From a virus (lineage: Duplodnaviria > Caudoviricetes), in IMG/VR virus record IMGVR_UViG_3300042923_000857, positions 1 through 55,722 of that record: 55,722 bases of DNA, one strand, 5' to 3'. The position numbers and the translations under genes are program-made. The notes under the pieces are model-generated. The model worked only from the letters and a program-made list of their open reading frames with translations, was not told where the DNA came from and searched no databases. Each line of letters begins with the position of its first letter. Within the stretch, counting starts at the first letter, position 1. Positions 43,809 to 54,156 of this stretch are shown one piece after another.

Positions 43809-44122
43809 TTGGCTGCCTCCCCTCGGGGTTGGGTAGAATGCTCAACATCCGATAAATTCAAGGCTATCTCGGCTTGTGATACCGCATCTGATAATGAATC
43901 CTTTAATTGCTCACTCATTGTGATGAATCGTCCAATTACTTCAACGAGAAGTTGCTCTTTGAAAAGGATAAAGTACTTTCCTCCGAAGCTAGCTGCGCCA
44001 GTATGTTTATTTATCCAAATGAATGGATCTCCTTGAGCGTCGACGATAACGAATTGATCGATAAAGGTTGGATGATCAATAAACTTCAGATTGTGAGCCG
44101 TATGCTTCGTTTCTCTTTTCAT
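43805..44122 (-). CDS. Hypothetical protein
   Basis: Coupled ORF within the operon. Confidence 0.55.
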   Translation of the reverse strand: MKRETKHTAHNLKFIDHPTFIDQFVIVDAQGDPFIWINKHTGAASFGGKYFILFKEQLLVEVIGRFITMSEQLKDSLSDAVSQAEIALNLSDVEHSTQPRGEAAK

Positions 44123-44124
44123 TG

Positions 44125-45243
44125 TTATCCCACCGCCGATCGATAGGGGAGTACGAGGTGCAGATCGTTAGCGCCGTCAACTGGTTTAAGGATGATTGGT
44201 TTAAGCGCGCCGTTGAACCCGATGAACGTCTCTTCGCTGTCGATAACCTTCAACGCATCAAGCACGTATTTCGAGTTAAAGGAAATAGTGAAGTTATCAC
44301 CTGTTAGTTTTGTAACAGCGAGCTCCTCGACTACCCTGCCGACTCCGGGCGCGGATGATGTAATCTCGATAAATCCGATTTCCGTCGATGATATCCTTAC
44401 GATATTTGTTTTTTCCTCTTTCGACATGAGGTAAGCCCTATCCAATGCACCTGCAAGCAATGCTGTATTGATGGTTAGTTCAGTTGTGTATGAGGTCGGG
44501 ATAATCTGAGATGTGTCCGGGAATTTTCCGTCAAGCATACGAGTGAAGAATTGAACATTACCGGATCGGAACATTACTTGGTTACCCGCTATCGCAATAT
44601 CGACATTGCCTTTGTCAGGAAGAACCTTGGCAAGACCTTCAAGATCCTTCCCGGGGATAACGATGTTTTCAAATTGCATCGCTAATTTTGTTTCCATCGC
44701 TACCCATGCCATCCGGTGACGATCTGTTGCCAGCAACCGGAAAACGCCGTCGAGCATAGTCCATAAAGTGCCGGTTAGGATCGGTGTGTTTTCATTCGAC
44801 GAAACCGCGAAGGTCGAGCTGCGGATCATGTTCTTTAACTCCGTCGCGCCGATCGTGAACAGTTCTGATTCATCAATAACCGGCAATGCCGGAAACTCTT
44901 CCGCATCCATAATCGCTAGCTGAAGCTCTGACTTTCCGGAAATGATTGTCGCCTGCGTCGCATCGGTGGAAATGAGAACTTCGTTCTTCGGAAGCTTCTT
45001 AATGATTTCGACGAAGAACTTTGCCGATAGAACGATACTGCCTACTTCCTCGACTCCGCCGAGTTCGATTGGGATTCGACTTTGAATCATGACGGTTGTA
45101 TCGCTGGCCGTGAGAGTGACCGCGGATGCGTCTGCTTCGATCTTAATCCCTGTTAGAATGGGAATCGTCGTCCTAGCAGATACGGCCTTGGAAACGTGCT
45201 GGATGGCCGCGTCGAGGTCGTTCTTATTTATCGTGAATTTCAC
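44125..45243 (-). CDS. dnaN: DNA polymerase III beta sliding clamp
   Basis: TTIPILTGIKI, ATDRHRMA, GKFPDTSQIIP, FNSKYVLDAL, LVLPYR; full length. Confidence 0.93.
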   Translation of the reverse strand: MKFTINKNDLDAAIQHVSKAVSARTTIPILTGIKIEADASAVTLTASDTTVMIQSRIPIELGGVEEVGSIVLSAKFFVEIIKKLPKNEVLISTDATQATIISGKSELQLAIMDAEEFPALPVIDESELFTIGATELKNMIRSSTFAVSSNENTPILTGTLWTMLDGVFRLLATDRHRMAWVAMETKLAMQFENIVIPGKDLEGLAKVLPDKGNVDIAIAGNQVMFRSGNVQFFTRMLDGKFPDTSQIIPTSYTTELTINTALLAGALDRAYLMSKEEKTNIVRISSTEIGFIEITSSAPGVGRVVEELAVTKLTGDNFTISFNSKYVLDALKVIDSEETFIGFNGALKPIILKPVDGANDLHLVLPYRSAVG

Positions 45244-45818
45244 TGATCCTCCGCCTTTCCTAAGATTGTTTGGATGACTTCGATCTGATACGGATAGTTA
45301 TCGATGGTCGGCTTATACTCGCTGAAGAGGTACATAGCCCGACAAATGCGAGCGATGATATAAGCGTCGACGACGTTATGATCCGGATGAGAATAGTCGA
45401 AATGGCTAAGAGCTCCAGCTGCCATTGCTTCCTTCTTCTCTTTCTCGCCTTCCAGCCGCACTCGCTTACCGTCTACTTCCTTGAATCCGGTAACCCCGAC
45501 AAACTTTTTTACTGAACCCGGGGAGACGATATCGAAGTTAAGATCCTTTCGTTCGATCATGGTCCGTAAGCCGCCGTGGATCATTCCGGTAGATATAGAT
45601 TTCTGAGTACCCGGCGCCGCATCTTCTATCAATATTTGATCGCCTGGTTCGAGCAGGTCATAGAACTGATTTTCTAGCGATACGAGCTGCTTAGGGGTAA
45701 TCCCGCCTTTAACGGTCTTCCCTACTCCCTTAATGGTTCGCTCTTCTACCACTTCGCCGTTCTCATCTAAAGCGACGAACCCCGTTACGGTTGCCGGGTC
45801 GACTCCGATAAATCTCAT
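45240..45818 (-). CDS. RuvC-like Holliday junction resolvase
   Basis: IGVDPATVTG, IED, HNVVDAY. Confidence 0.8.
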   Translation of the reverse strand: MRFIGVDPATVTGFVALDENGEVVEERTIKGVGKTVKGGITPKQLVSLENQFYDLLEPGDQILIEDAAPGTQKSISTGMIHGGLRTMIERKDLNFDIVSPGSVKKFVGVTGFKEVDGKRVRLEGEKEKKEAMAAGALSHFDYSHPDHNVVDAYIIARICRAMYLFSEYKPTIDNYPYQIEVIQTILGKAEDQ

Positions 45819-45977
45819 TCTCCTTTCCCCTCCCTCCTGCGCCTTTCCGCGATATACGATCGTGTTCAGGCTCGCTATATGTGTAGAGATCGCCGATCGC
45901 TCGGCCGTTGTCGTCGTAAAATATTTCCCATGGTGTATCGTCGATGTAAGGGTCGTTACGCGTATTTGCCAAAGCCC

Positions 45978-46241
45978 TCACAGAACCTCATCCTTTCCTA
46001 TCCAGCCTAGTATCTCGTACAGTCCTCGCACATTAGGGAACTCGCGGGCGGATCGGCGAATTTTATAATGCTCGATATGTGCCGCTATCCGATCATAGGC
46101 TTTCTGATATATCGCTTTGTTCTCTTCCGTGACAAGCGGATGCTCAATCTCGTCCGCCGCCTTTGTAAGTCGATCGAGCGCCTCCTCGTACTCCTTTTCC
46201 GTTTTTATTGGCTTTATTGGAGCCCCCATCGTCTTTAACAC
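45978..46241 (-). CDS. Hypothetical protein
   Basis: IKTEKEYEEAL motif; operon position. Confidence 0.55.
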   Translation of the reverse strand: MLKTMGAPIKPIKTEKEYEEALDRLTKAADEIEHPLVTEENKAIYQKAYDRIAAHIEHYKIRRSAREFPNVRGLYEILGWIGKDEVL

Positions 46242-47547
46242 CCGCCTTCAGGTCGGTTTCAACGAACTTCTGATACCACCATTTGAACTCGAGACGGAAG
46301 CGATTGAGGCCGATGTTGCGCCCCTTGGCGAATATGGAGTCTATTATCTTGGAGCTGTCTTCGAGTTGATCATCCGGATTAAACCATAGGAATTGAACGA
46401 CGTCTGCATCCTGCTCGATGCTGCCGGACTCCTTGAGATGGCGCATCTTTGGTTCCTCGCCGTCGACCGCCCTATCGAGCTGGGAAAGCATGATGAACAC
46501 CAATTTGAAGCGCCTTGCGATCCGCTTCGCATTCTTGGTTACGCGCCCGATTGCCGACGATCTGGTCTCGCCCTTCTTCTCGGGGATATCCATAATCTGA
46601 AGGTAGTCGGTGATAACCGCGGCAACCTTACCGTGCTCCTTCTTGAATTGCTTCACGGTAGAGCGGATTTGGTCGATCGATACTCCTGAAGCATCCTGCA
46701 CGTAAATCTGTAGCTTCTCGCAAAGGGCGTAAGCTCGATTGATCCGTTCCCATTCCTTATCTGTGAACCCTTCCTCGCCGCCCTTGTTAATGAGCTTGTT
46801 GTAATTGACCTCGGCAAGGTAGGAAACCATCCGGTCAATGACCTCGACCTCATCCATCTCCTGCGAGAAGAACAGGACAACGCCGGCGTTAAGGTTCTGA
46901 CTTGCGATGCCGAACAGCAGTTGAAGCGCGTAGGCCGTCTTCCCGACTCCCGGCCGCCCCGCTAGGATATAAAGCCAACCTCGCCACAGTTGCGCCCATG
47001 CGTCGTATTTCTCGAATCCAGACTTGAGCTTTTCCGCTTTACTCTTCAGATGATCAAACCACTTGGAACGAATTTCCTTGAAGCTCCGCATCTTGGCCGC
47101 CTGCTTTGGCCTCAAGTCATCCAGTAGGTCCTCTACCGCTTCGAAGTAATCCTCATCCGTTTCAAATTCTTTGTGGCTTAGCGCGATAACCTCATTGCCA
47201 TATTCAATGCCGCGCCGCCGAAGCGCCTTGGATCGAACGATCTTCGCATAGTACTGGATGTTAGCCGCAGTAGGCGACGATACGGCAAGTTTGGAGATAT
47301 ACATCGGGCTGACCGTTCCCGGCCTGTGTTTCTCGAATTGTTCCACTACCGTGATCAGATCGATGGGCATATCGCGTTCATTGAGCCATTGCATAACCTT
47401 GTAAATTAGTTGGTGTGATTCGGTTGAAAAGTCTCTCGGCTCCAGTTCCGGTATTTGGTCAATACTCCCAGATTCAAGGAAGATCGCGCCGAGAACTGCC
47501 TGCTCCGCCGGTAAGCCTTGTTCCATTTCCTCCTGGCTCATAGACAA
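46144..47547 (-). CDS. dnaB: Replicative DnaB-family helicase
   Basis: AEQAVLG, AGRPGVGKT, DYLQ, LSQLDR, SGSIEQDAD. Confidence 0.95.
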   Translation of the reverse strand: MSMSQEEMEQGLPAEQAVLGAIFLESGSIDQIPELEPRDFSTESHQLIYKVMQWLNERDMPIDLITVVEQFEKHRPGTVSPMYISKLAVSSPTAANIQYYAKIVRSKALRRRGIEYGNEVIALSHKEFETDEDYFEAVEDLLDDLRPKQAAKMRSFKEIRSKWFDHLKSKAEKLKSGFEKYDAWAQLWRGWLYILAGRPGVGKTAYALQLLFGIASQNLNAGVVLFFSQEMDEVEVIDRMVSYLAEVNYNKLINKGGEEGFTDKEWERINRAYALCEKLQIYVQDASGVSIDQIRSTVKQFKKEHGKVAAVITDYLQIMDIPEKKGETRSSAIGRVTKNAKRIARRFKLVFIMLSQLDRAVDGEEPKMRHLKESGSIEQDADVVQFLWFNPDDQLEDSSKIIDSIFAKGRNIGLNRFRLEFKWWYQKFVETDLKAGVKDDGGSNKANKNGKGVRGGARSTYKGGGRD

Positions 47548-47854
47548 ATGCCTCCGGATCGCCTCCTGCAGTTACCCATTGCTGATTGGCGATTTGCTTA
47601 TTTCGGTGATATATTTCCGGGTCGACCTTTTCGACGTACCGTTCGCGGATGATATCCGCAATGTCCGGGAAGAAATTGCTATCGTCGATATGGTCGTTTA
47701 GATTTTGTAAGGCGAGATTCGGATCGATGAAGGCTAGCCGCTCAACCCATAATTCAAATATTTGCGGGTTATTCTTCAGATTCGGAGCCTTGCTCGGGAA
47801 AGCTGCCGAAGCCTTCGCCAAGAGTAAGCCCACTTGTTCTCGATTGATCGCCAT
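47474..47854 (-). CDS. Helicase loader/inhibitor (G39P-like)
   Basis: FFPDIADI motif; between the initiator and the helicase. Confidence 0.7.
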   Translation of the reverse strand: MAINREQVGLLLAKASAAFPSKAPNLKNNPQIFELWVERLAFIDPNLALQNLNDHIDDSNFFPDIADIIRERYVEKVDPEIYHRNKQIANQQWVTAGGDPEAFVYEPGGNGTRLTGGAGSSRRDLP

Positions 47855-48686
47855 CGCCTCCGATCTGACCTCTCAAAAAGTCGAGGTTGGAATCGATCTT
47901 CGTTTCCTTGCCAGTTGCTAGACCTTCCGGATCTACCGTCTCGTAATCCGCGTAACGTGCTTGGTTCAGAAACGTGGAAGGGTGCGGTATGAAGTTGGCC
48001 GCAGTCTCGAGCAGCGTGCACGTCTCGGCAAAGTTGATCGTATTCGAGATAACGATATTCGGGTCGAATTCAGCCTTCTTAGACAGCTTGATCCACGTCT
48101 GCTTTGCATACGCCTTTGCTACTTTCCTTGGATAAGCTAGATAGAAGAATTCAAACCTCACCATGTTTTCTTTAAAGCTTTTCTTTAAAAGATCTTTTTC
48201 TTTATATGGGGGAACAATGCTTCCCCTCCAAACCCTATCTAGAGGGGAAGTGTTGTTCACCTCCGAGGGGAAGTGTACTTCACCCCCATCCGCTTCTTGA
48301 GGTGAAGTATCGTTCACCCCCAACTGAGCGAATAAATCGATTTGTTCATCCACAGAATCACCGCTTTTCGGGATAGTCCATTTCTCGTAATTCTTGTTAA
48401 AGGCGAGCTTGCGTGGTAGGGAGCTTGTTTCCTTTCGGGTGATAAGCAGCACCTTGGCTTCGATCAACGACGCCACTTCCTTCTTAATTGTCCGATCCGA
48501 AAGCCCCGTTTGTGATTGCAGATACGTTATTGAGAATTCATGGTCCTTTCTATTGAATCCGTAGGTCAGGCGCCAGACCTTGATGATGATTCGAAACTGA
48601 GCTCCATTGAATTTATAAAGGCAAATTTGATCCAATATTTCATGAGCAACAGGCGTATAACCGTTCGCCTTCTGAGGGCTTGCCAT
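47769..48686 (-). CDS. Replication initiator (lambda O-like N-terminus)
   Basis: MASPQKANGYT..AHEIL, RLTYGFNRK, FNKNYEKW; YPRK and HPSTFLN at the C-terminus. Confidence 0.88.
   Translation of the reverse strand: MASPQKANGYTPVAHEILDQICLYKFNGAQFRIIIKVWRLTYGFNRKDHEFSITYLQSQTGLSDRTIKKEVASLIEAKVLLITRKETSSLPRKLAFNKNYEKWTIPKSGDSVDEQIDLFAQLGVNDTSPQEADGGEVHFPSEVNNTSPLDRVWRGSIVPPYKEKDLLKKSFKENMVRFEFFYLAYPRKVAKAYAKQTWIKLSKKAEFDPNIVISNTINFAETCTLLETAANFIPHPSTFLNQARYADYETVDPEGLATGKETKIDSNLDFLRGQIGGDGDQSRTSGLTLGEGFGSFPEQGSESEE
48170..48321. repeat. Replication origin: iterons plus AT-rich tract inside the initiator gene
   Basis: GAGG(G/T)GAAGT-n4-TTCACC(T/C)CC at 48242, 48265 and 48299; inverted copy at about 48208-48229; AT-rich 48170-48206. 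Confidence 0.75.
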
Positions 48687-48691
48687 TCACC

Positions 48692-49393
48692 TCACCCGCT
48701 TTGTTCGGTACCTAAGATGCTCATGATCTCCGTTACAACATCGTGTGCGCTATGACCTCTAGCGACCATGTCGCCCTTGATTAGATGCTGAATTGCCTTT
48801 TGTTTTGGTGTCGGTTCAAGTTCGACTGTGAAGCCGTTGACGAGAGCCGTCACAAGCCGCTCACGCTTCTCGCGGATTTTTCCAATCCAAGCGGCAATTA
48901 TTGAGCCGTCTGTCGAATAAACCTTTCCTCTCAAAGATTGATTCACCACGTCCAAGATACTGAAATTGTTGTTCTCAATTCCCCACTCGGCGTCTGCCAG
49001 CCGAAGCCTTTCGATCGCCTCAGCCACCTCCCTTGGAAGAGGAACCTTCTTCGCTTCCAGCGCTTCTTCCACTTCATTCGTCAAATTGAGAATTACATTT
49101 TTGGAAGCGACATGCTCCTGCGCAAAAGTTTCATTTGCGAGCAATAATTCCTTGACCTCTTCGCGCCATTTGAGTGCTTCTTGGTGGATTTCCGTATACT
49201 CGGCAAGTGAGTAAGTGGGTTCCTCGGGTAGTTCGACGCAATTTTTAATGTAGATTTCTTCCCCTGAATGCTCGCCATCTATGATTTGATAATTTGTAAT
49301 GGCGGAAAGGAAAACTGTTGACGGCATGTATCGTGCCTCGAATACCGATCCATTTTGTATGTCTCCCTGTTGCCTAACCATTCTGATTTTCAT
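48692..49393 (-). CDS. Hypothetical protein (DUF1642-like C-terminus)
   Basis: KVPLPREVAEAIE...ALVNGFTVE. Confidence 0.6.
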   Translation of the reverse strand: MKIRMVRQQGDIQNGSVFEARYMPSTVFLSAITNYQIIDGEHSGEEIYIKNCVELPEEPTYSLAEYTEIHQEALKWREEVKELLLANETFAQEHVASKNVILNLTNEVEEALEAKKVPLPREVAEAIERLRLADAEWGIENNNFSILDVVNQSLRGKVYSTDGSIIAAWIGKIREKRERLVTALVNGFTVELEPTPKQKAIQHLIKGDMVARGHSAHDVVTEIMSILGTEQSG

Positions 49394-49758
49394 TGATTAG
49401 CTCCTTTCGTATTACCAGCGAGAACGTTCCGGAAGTTTTCAGCCCATTCCCGTCCCTCGCGAGTATGGTCTACCCACCAATGGCAAGTGCCTTTGTTTTG
49501 TTGCGGCGAGCACAACATCGCGACATCGTTCTCAGTCGTTTCATCGAGTTGCCATCGACGTACCAGATGCGCGGCTTCTATTCTCCACCTCAATCCCGTT
49601 TTATCGAAGATGCCGTCTTCCCACTTACACTTTTCACACCTGCCTCCCGATCGCTCATATGCCTTGGCATACACTTCCGGGGAAACCTCACCCCGCTGCT
49701 TAGCCTTCTTACTGCCGCGACCATGCTTTGGCTTAGGTGCTGGATTGAAGCCGAACAT
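49390..49758 (-). CDS. HNH-like nuclease
   Basis: RCEKC, EAAHL, MLC...CHWWVDH. Confidence 0.65.
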   Translation of the reverse strand: MFGFNPAPKPKHGRGSKKAKQRGEVSPEVYAKAYERSGGRCEKCKWEDGIFDKTGLRWRIEAAHLVRRWQLDETTENDVAMLCSPQQNKGTCHWWVDHTREGREWAENFRNVLAGNTKGANQ

Positions 49759-50571
49759 TTAATACAAAGCCAATTCGGCGTAATGTTTGATGCGGTGAAT
49801 CTTCTTGGTGCCGCGGCAGTATTCACAATGCTCGCACCTGGTCGGCGCCACTACGCCGGACTTAACTGCCTTGACCCTTTCGATGTGATTGCCGACAATA
49901 TTCAAGTGCTGTTCGATCACGTCGTAATCGAAATAGATGATTTCATGGTCTGGCGGATCCTGCTTTGTGACGATAACCATATGCGGCAAGAGCCACTTTT
50001 CTCTGCTAGTCGCTAGACGCTCTACCTCGGCGTATACCGACATCTGGACGGTGTAGCCATAATGATCAAGGAAGTTTTCATAAGCCTGTGCATCCTTGTT
50101 CCACCACTTGCCGTCGATCTCTTTCAGCGCCTTAAGGTCCGCGAATATGCTTACTTCCGGTTGATAACTATCGAGCATCACCTTCCACGGAATCCCGAAC
50201 AGATTGGCCGTTAAGATGACTTCCTTTTTCCCGGCCAGCGCCTTCATGACGAATGGATCATTCTCGAGCGTTTCGATCATCACGTTGCAATGTTGGAAAT
50301 TGGATTTAAGTTGTCCAGCTGTTGGCCCACGACTGCTGTAAAGATCAGGGTTACTTGCCTTAAACTCGTCGAGCGTTCCTTCGTTCCAAGCGTGAACGTA
50401 ATGACCTTCTAGAAATGCCGTAAGTGATGGTTGCTCATAAGAGCCGTTAAGTTTAGCCATTGCCCGAGCTTCACATCCGCCGAACGAAGCGGCGAAGTCT
50501 TTGAATTGACTGACTGACATATAGTGACGGTTGGCTTCGAGTGAAAAGTAATTACTCTTTGTCAGCTGCAT
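49759..50571 (-). CDS. PD-(D/E)XK exonuclease (DUF3799-like, RecE partner)
   Basis: MSVSQFK, KVMLD...DLK, YTVQMSVY, RCEHCEYC. Confidence 0.8.
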   Translation of the reverse strand: MQLTKSNYFSLEANRHYMSVSQFKDFAASFGGCEARAMAKLNGSYEQPSLTAFLEGHYVHAWNEGTLDEFKASNPDLYSSRGPTAGQLKSNFQHCNVMIETLENDPFVMKALAGKKEVILTANLFGIPWKVMLDSYQPEVSIFADLKALKEIDGKWWNKDAQAYENFLDHYGYTVQMSVYAEVERLATSREKWLLPHMVIVTKQDPPDHEIIYFDYDVIEQHLNIVGNHIERVKAVKSGVVAPTRCEHCEYCRGTKKIHRIKHYAELALY

Positions 50572-51304
50572 TCGCAATTTCCTCGAATTCTGCATCAATA
50601 ATGTTCAATGGACTATTCTGCTCAGGTTGTTTTTTGGCTTCAAAGTCTGCGCCATCTTCAAAGGCTTGAGCCTGCTCGATATTATCAAAATCGAGTTGAA
50701 TGGTTTTACAGAGTCTGCGCAATACAGTCTTTTTCTGCATCTCTCCGGGACTCTTTGTCCACGATGGGCCATTAGCCTGTTTGGAATAATTTTTTCTTGT
50801 CTCCTCTATCTCCTTGACGCTCATGGAGTCACACGCCATCCCACCATCCTTATATAGGACCACGGCGTAAGCTCCGATTACCTTCCCGTCATTAAACCCC
50901 TCGGGAGGCTTGTGTTGGATTGTCTGCTCTCCATCCTTTGTCTCTTTTAGAAAGAAGTCGCCCTCGCGGACCAACTCTGCGTAAATTCTCAGCACAGGAC
51001 GGACACTGTACTTTTGAGCAAGCTTGATCTCGCCCTTATAGTCCGTTTGGAATGTGCAAACCCCGCCGTAAATAATGGGATAACATTCTTTATTGAAGAA
51101 GTCCAATCCAAGAAAAGCGCCTTTAAGCATAGTGCGAGCAATGCTAACCGCATCACATTCGTTGATTCCCTTTGTGTCCTGCAATACCGACATGCTGTTT
51201 TGAAGGAACCTGGTCTTGTTAAAATTCGCCGGCATCGCATCTCGTTTAGAATCCAGAAGCTTCTCTAGATTGTTGTGAATGGTTAGTAACTGGCTGCTAC
51301 TCAT
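50552..51304 (-). CDS. recT: RecT single-strand annealing protein
   Basis: FQTDYKG, VREGD, EMQKKTVLRRLCK. Confidence 0.9.
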   Translation of the reverse strand: MSSSQLLTIHNNLEKLLDSKRDAMPANFNKTRFLQNSMSVLQDTKGINECDAVSIARTMLKGAFLGLDFFNKECYPIIYGGVCTFQTDYKGEIKLAQKYSVRPVLRIYAELVREGDFFLKETKDGEQTIQHKPPEGFNDGKVIGAYAVVLYKDGGMACDSMSVKEIEETRKNYSKQANGPSWTKSPGEMQKKTVLRRLCKTIQLDFDNIEQAQAFEDGADFEAKKQPEQNSPLNIIDAEFEEIANAADKE

Positions 51305-52935
51305 ACCCCACTCTCCATTGCTTCAATTTTCAGATCTTGGCCGTCGACCGTCTCGAGAATGAAGTATTGGTAATCGTCCTGCAATGCAGCATTGATAATC
51401 TCGTGTTGTTTGCTTCCGAGATTCTGCCAGCCGTCGACGCAGATTACTTTCAATTCTCCGGCCTGAGCCCTAGCCAGCTTAAAGGCAAAATCAAACGACT
51501 CTCCTTCGGACAATCCATCGATCAGCGTTCCGTCGATACGGATGCGGCCTTTTTCGTCGACGGTTAATCCTTCAACCGGTAACGAAGCAGTTTTAAGCAA
51601 TTCCGTTGGCAACTCCCGGGCTTTCTGAATCTTGGCCGTTAAATCGGCGGAACGGGCTTCCTTCGGCGAAAGCTTCTCTTTGATGATGTCGTTCATCCGT
51701 TCCCACTCCCGGAGGTATTCCTTCATCTTGGCGGCCGTGTCGGCTTCTTCCTTAAGCGGCTCCACCGGAACCCTTGTGAATTCCTCGACGATCGCTCGAG
51801 CGTTGCCCGACTTTTCGTTCTCCAGCGCAATTAATGAAGCTTCATGGTCGACGATCTTCTGCAGATCCTTTTTCTCATGCTCGGCAATGTTGGAAAGGAG
51901 ATTCTTTTTCTCGGACAGCTGCTCCTTGTATTCGCCGATAAACACGTTCGATTGCTCGGCTTCTTGCTGGATAGTCTCCTTGGCCGTCTGCTTCTTAGCT
52001 TGGTACTGAAGCTTTAGGCGTTCGATGGCTTGTTCAAGCTCACCGTCTAAACGGATGTGTTCCGCGCTGATTCGGCGACTTGCATCATCAATCTTTACCT
52101 GTTCGTCCTTGATGTTATTGGTAAGCCGTACGATCGAATCGTTCAACGAATCCCGCTGCCGGTTATAATCAAGCTTCTTCGATTCCTGCGCATTCGCAGA
52201 ACGTTGCTTGATGTCGTCGATCCGAATATCAAGTCCTGTTATAAGCTGTTCGGCTTCGTCCAATCGCTTATTGGACTGCTCGGTGTTGGTTAGCTTCTCG
52301 TAGAGCTCTTGCAGGTTAACTCCCTTCCACGCGTTGCCGTCGTAGTTAGGTGGCAAGTCTCGCTTGATGCCTTCAATATTGGCCCGGAGCAGATTGGCTT
52401 CGCGGTTGATCGTTTCCCGCTCGGAGTAATATCCCGTTTCGATTTGCTTCAAAATCTGGAGGATGTGCTGCTGGTAGTCAGCTTCCGGCATTTCCCCGAA
52501 CCAGTTTTTAATGTCCTCTACCGTCCAATTGATGGTCAGCATATTGAGGATGATCTTTGCCTGAGCCTCTGGAGTCTTCTGGACGAACTCGATGGGCCGG
52601 AATATGTCGCCGCTGATTAGCTTCTTAAGGAAAGTTTCTGTGCTGCTAACCGACTTCGAATCGTGCTTTACCTTCAGATAGTCCGCTTTCTCGGATCGGA
52701 TTCTCCTCGTTGTCTGCAATCCGTCATCCAGTTCGACGAACAGCTCCGCTTCGTCCGTGTCGTGCCGGATAACCTCGGTGCGCCGGCTCAGGTTGGTGAA
52801 TACCTTCTCGATGGCTTCAACGAGGCTTGTTTTCCCGGTACCGGAATCGCCGGATACCTTGTTGATTTTGCTCGGGCTGAACAGCAACTCCTTGATTCCA
52901 AGCCAGTTCTTAATCTCGATACGCTTAATGTGCAT
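51301..52935 (-). CDS. SMC/Rad50-like AAA ATPase with coiled coil
   Basis: GDSGTGKT Walker A, LSEGE signature, long coiled coil. Confidence 0.82.
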   Translation of the reverse strand: MHIKRIEIKNWLGIKELLFSPSKINKVSGDSGTGKTSLVEAIEKVFTNLSRRTEVIRHDTDEAELFVELDDGLQTTRRIRSEKADYLKVKHDSKSVSSTETFLKKLISGDIFRPIEFVQKTPEAQAKIILNMLTINWTVEDIKNWFGEMPEADYQQHILQILKQIETGYYSERETINREANLLRANIEGIKRDLPPNYDGNAWKGVNLQELYEKLTNTEQSNKRLDEAEQLITGLDIRIDDIKQRSANAQESKKLDYNRQRDSLNDSIVRLTNNIKDEQVKIDDASRRISAEHIRLDGELEQAIERLKLQYQAKKQTAKETIQQEAEQSNVFIGEYKEQLSEKKNLLSNIAEHEKKDLQKIVDHEASLIALENEKSGNARAIVEEFTRVPVEPLKEEADTAAKMKEYLREWERMNDIIKEKLSPKEARSADLTAKIQKARELPTELLKTASLPVEGLTVDEKGRIRIDGTLIDGLSEGESFDFAFKLARAQAGELKVICVDGWQNLGSKQHEIINAALQDDYQYFILETVDGQDLKIEAMESGV

Positions 52936-53151
52936 TTAGTTTCCTCGCCCTCCATTTATTAGCGGCATGCCCGCCCTGACGTAGCAAACAGTGCAGTAAA
53001 ACTTGTTTTTTTCGAATCCGTTATAAGTGCCTTCCTCTTGCTTCATGTACTCGAGAGGAGTCATATTTTCATCAGCTGCAGATTCGATATATTCATCGAT
53101 TTGATCGGGAGGAAGATTGCATCCGATACAGGTTGGAATCACATCAGGCAT
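52936..53151 (-). CDS. Small Cys-rich hypothetical protein
   Basis: CIGC and CTVC motifs. Confidence 0.55.
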   Translation of the reverse strand: MPDVIPTCIGCNLPPDQIDEYIESAADENMTPLEYMKQEEGTYNGFEKNKFYCTVCYVRAGMPLINGGRGN

Positions 53152-53524
53152 GCTTGCTCGCCTTCCTTTTTGCGTATTTGCTCGGCTTCCGCTTATAGCC
53201 CTTATCCCTTACCGGACCTTCGCCGTTGTAGTGCTTTTGAAAGGGGATTTCTAAGAATCGTGAGTGTTCTCTTCGCATTCTTCGTGGCGCCATTACGATC
53301 TCTTTGGTTAAGATGGATTCCGAAACCGCGGACAGCCCCAGCTTCCCGGGCTCATAAGGAGTTCTCTTCTCACGAGGCTCGGTACGCGCTGGCCTTTTGC
53401 CGCGACCACTTACCGAATTCCCACCCTTGCGAGCGGCGTAATCGTAAGCCGCGGCGGATTGATTTGCGATGGTTAAGGCTTCAAATTTCTTAGGATCGCG
53501 TTTGAAGATTTTGGATAAGTTCAT
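53144..53524 (-). CDS. Basic hypothetical protein
   Basis: GGAGG RBS before MNLSK. Confidence 0.55.
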   Translation of the reverse strand: MNLSKIFKRDPKKFEALTIANQSAAAYDYAARKGGNSVSGRGKRPARTEPREKRTPYEPGKLGLSAVSESILTKEIVMAPRRMRREHSRFLEIPFQKHYNGEGPVRDKGYKRKPSKYAKRKASKHA

Positions 53525-53610
53525 TGATTCAGCCTCCAATTTGGTCGTTATTACTGAAAATTGGCGAAAAAAAATACGCCGACGATAAAACAGCGATTAA
53601 CAGGGGTTCT

Positions 53611-53895
53611 TTACAGAGCCACGAGCTCGGCTTCGAGTTCTCTGATTTCGAAGAGAGTGTTGGTAATAAAGACGTTAAGGATAAGAGCTTGAAGATGGGT
53701 GCGAGAATCATTCGGCAGTTCACCGGTTTGGTTTGTTAAATTAATGCGAATGTCCTGACCCTTTTTGGTGACTATCGTAACGTTTCGTGCAATCTTTGCT
53801 TTTTCAATTTCCACGAGACGTTCCTCGATTTTGGTCACAATGTTAAGTGCGGCTATCGCTCTCTCCTCGTATTGCTGAAGTGTAATTCTATCCAT
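53611..53895 (-). CDS. Hypothetical protein
   Basis: AAGGAG RBS. Confidence 0.6.
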   Translation of the reverse strand: MDRITLQQYEERAIAALNIVTKIEERLVEIEKAKIARNVTIVTKKGQDIRINLTNQTGELPNDSRTHLQALILNVFITNTLFEIRELEAELVAL

Positions 53896-53919
53896 TGACT
53901 TTTCTCCTTTCGTAATGGA

Positions 53920-54156
53920 CTAGACTTGCAACTGCTCGATCTGAGCACAGATATCGTGTAACCAATCCATGTCGTTTGTTTCGTATGCCATTTGCGACAG
54001 GTTTTCAAGGCAGGCCATCTTGTGGCAAAGTAATTCGTTAGCCTGAAGCAACTGATCCAGCTCGAGTTCAAGATTCACTCTCGTCGCCGGGCTTAAATTC
54101 CGATCGCTCTTCAATCGCCGAGTTATCTCTGCCATGCGTTGGTATATGGCATTCAT
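53920..54156 (-). CDS. Hypothetical protein
   Basis: GGAGGAGG RBS before MNAIYQRMAE. Confidence 0.65.
   Translation of the reverse strand: MNAIYQRMAEITRRLKSDRNLSPATRVNLELELDQLLQANELLCHKMACLENLSQMAYETNDMDWLHDICAQIEQLQV

Noticed and set aside
48208-48321. Mini CRISPR array
   Set aside because: The repeats are nearly contiguous with no spacers and lie inside the initiator gene, so they fit iterons. No cas genes were seen.
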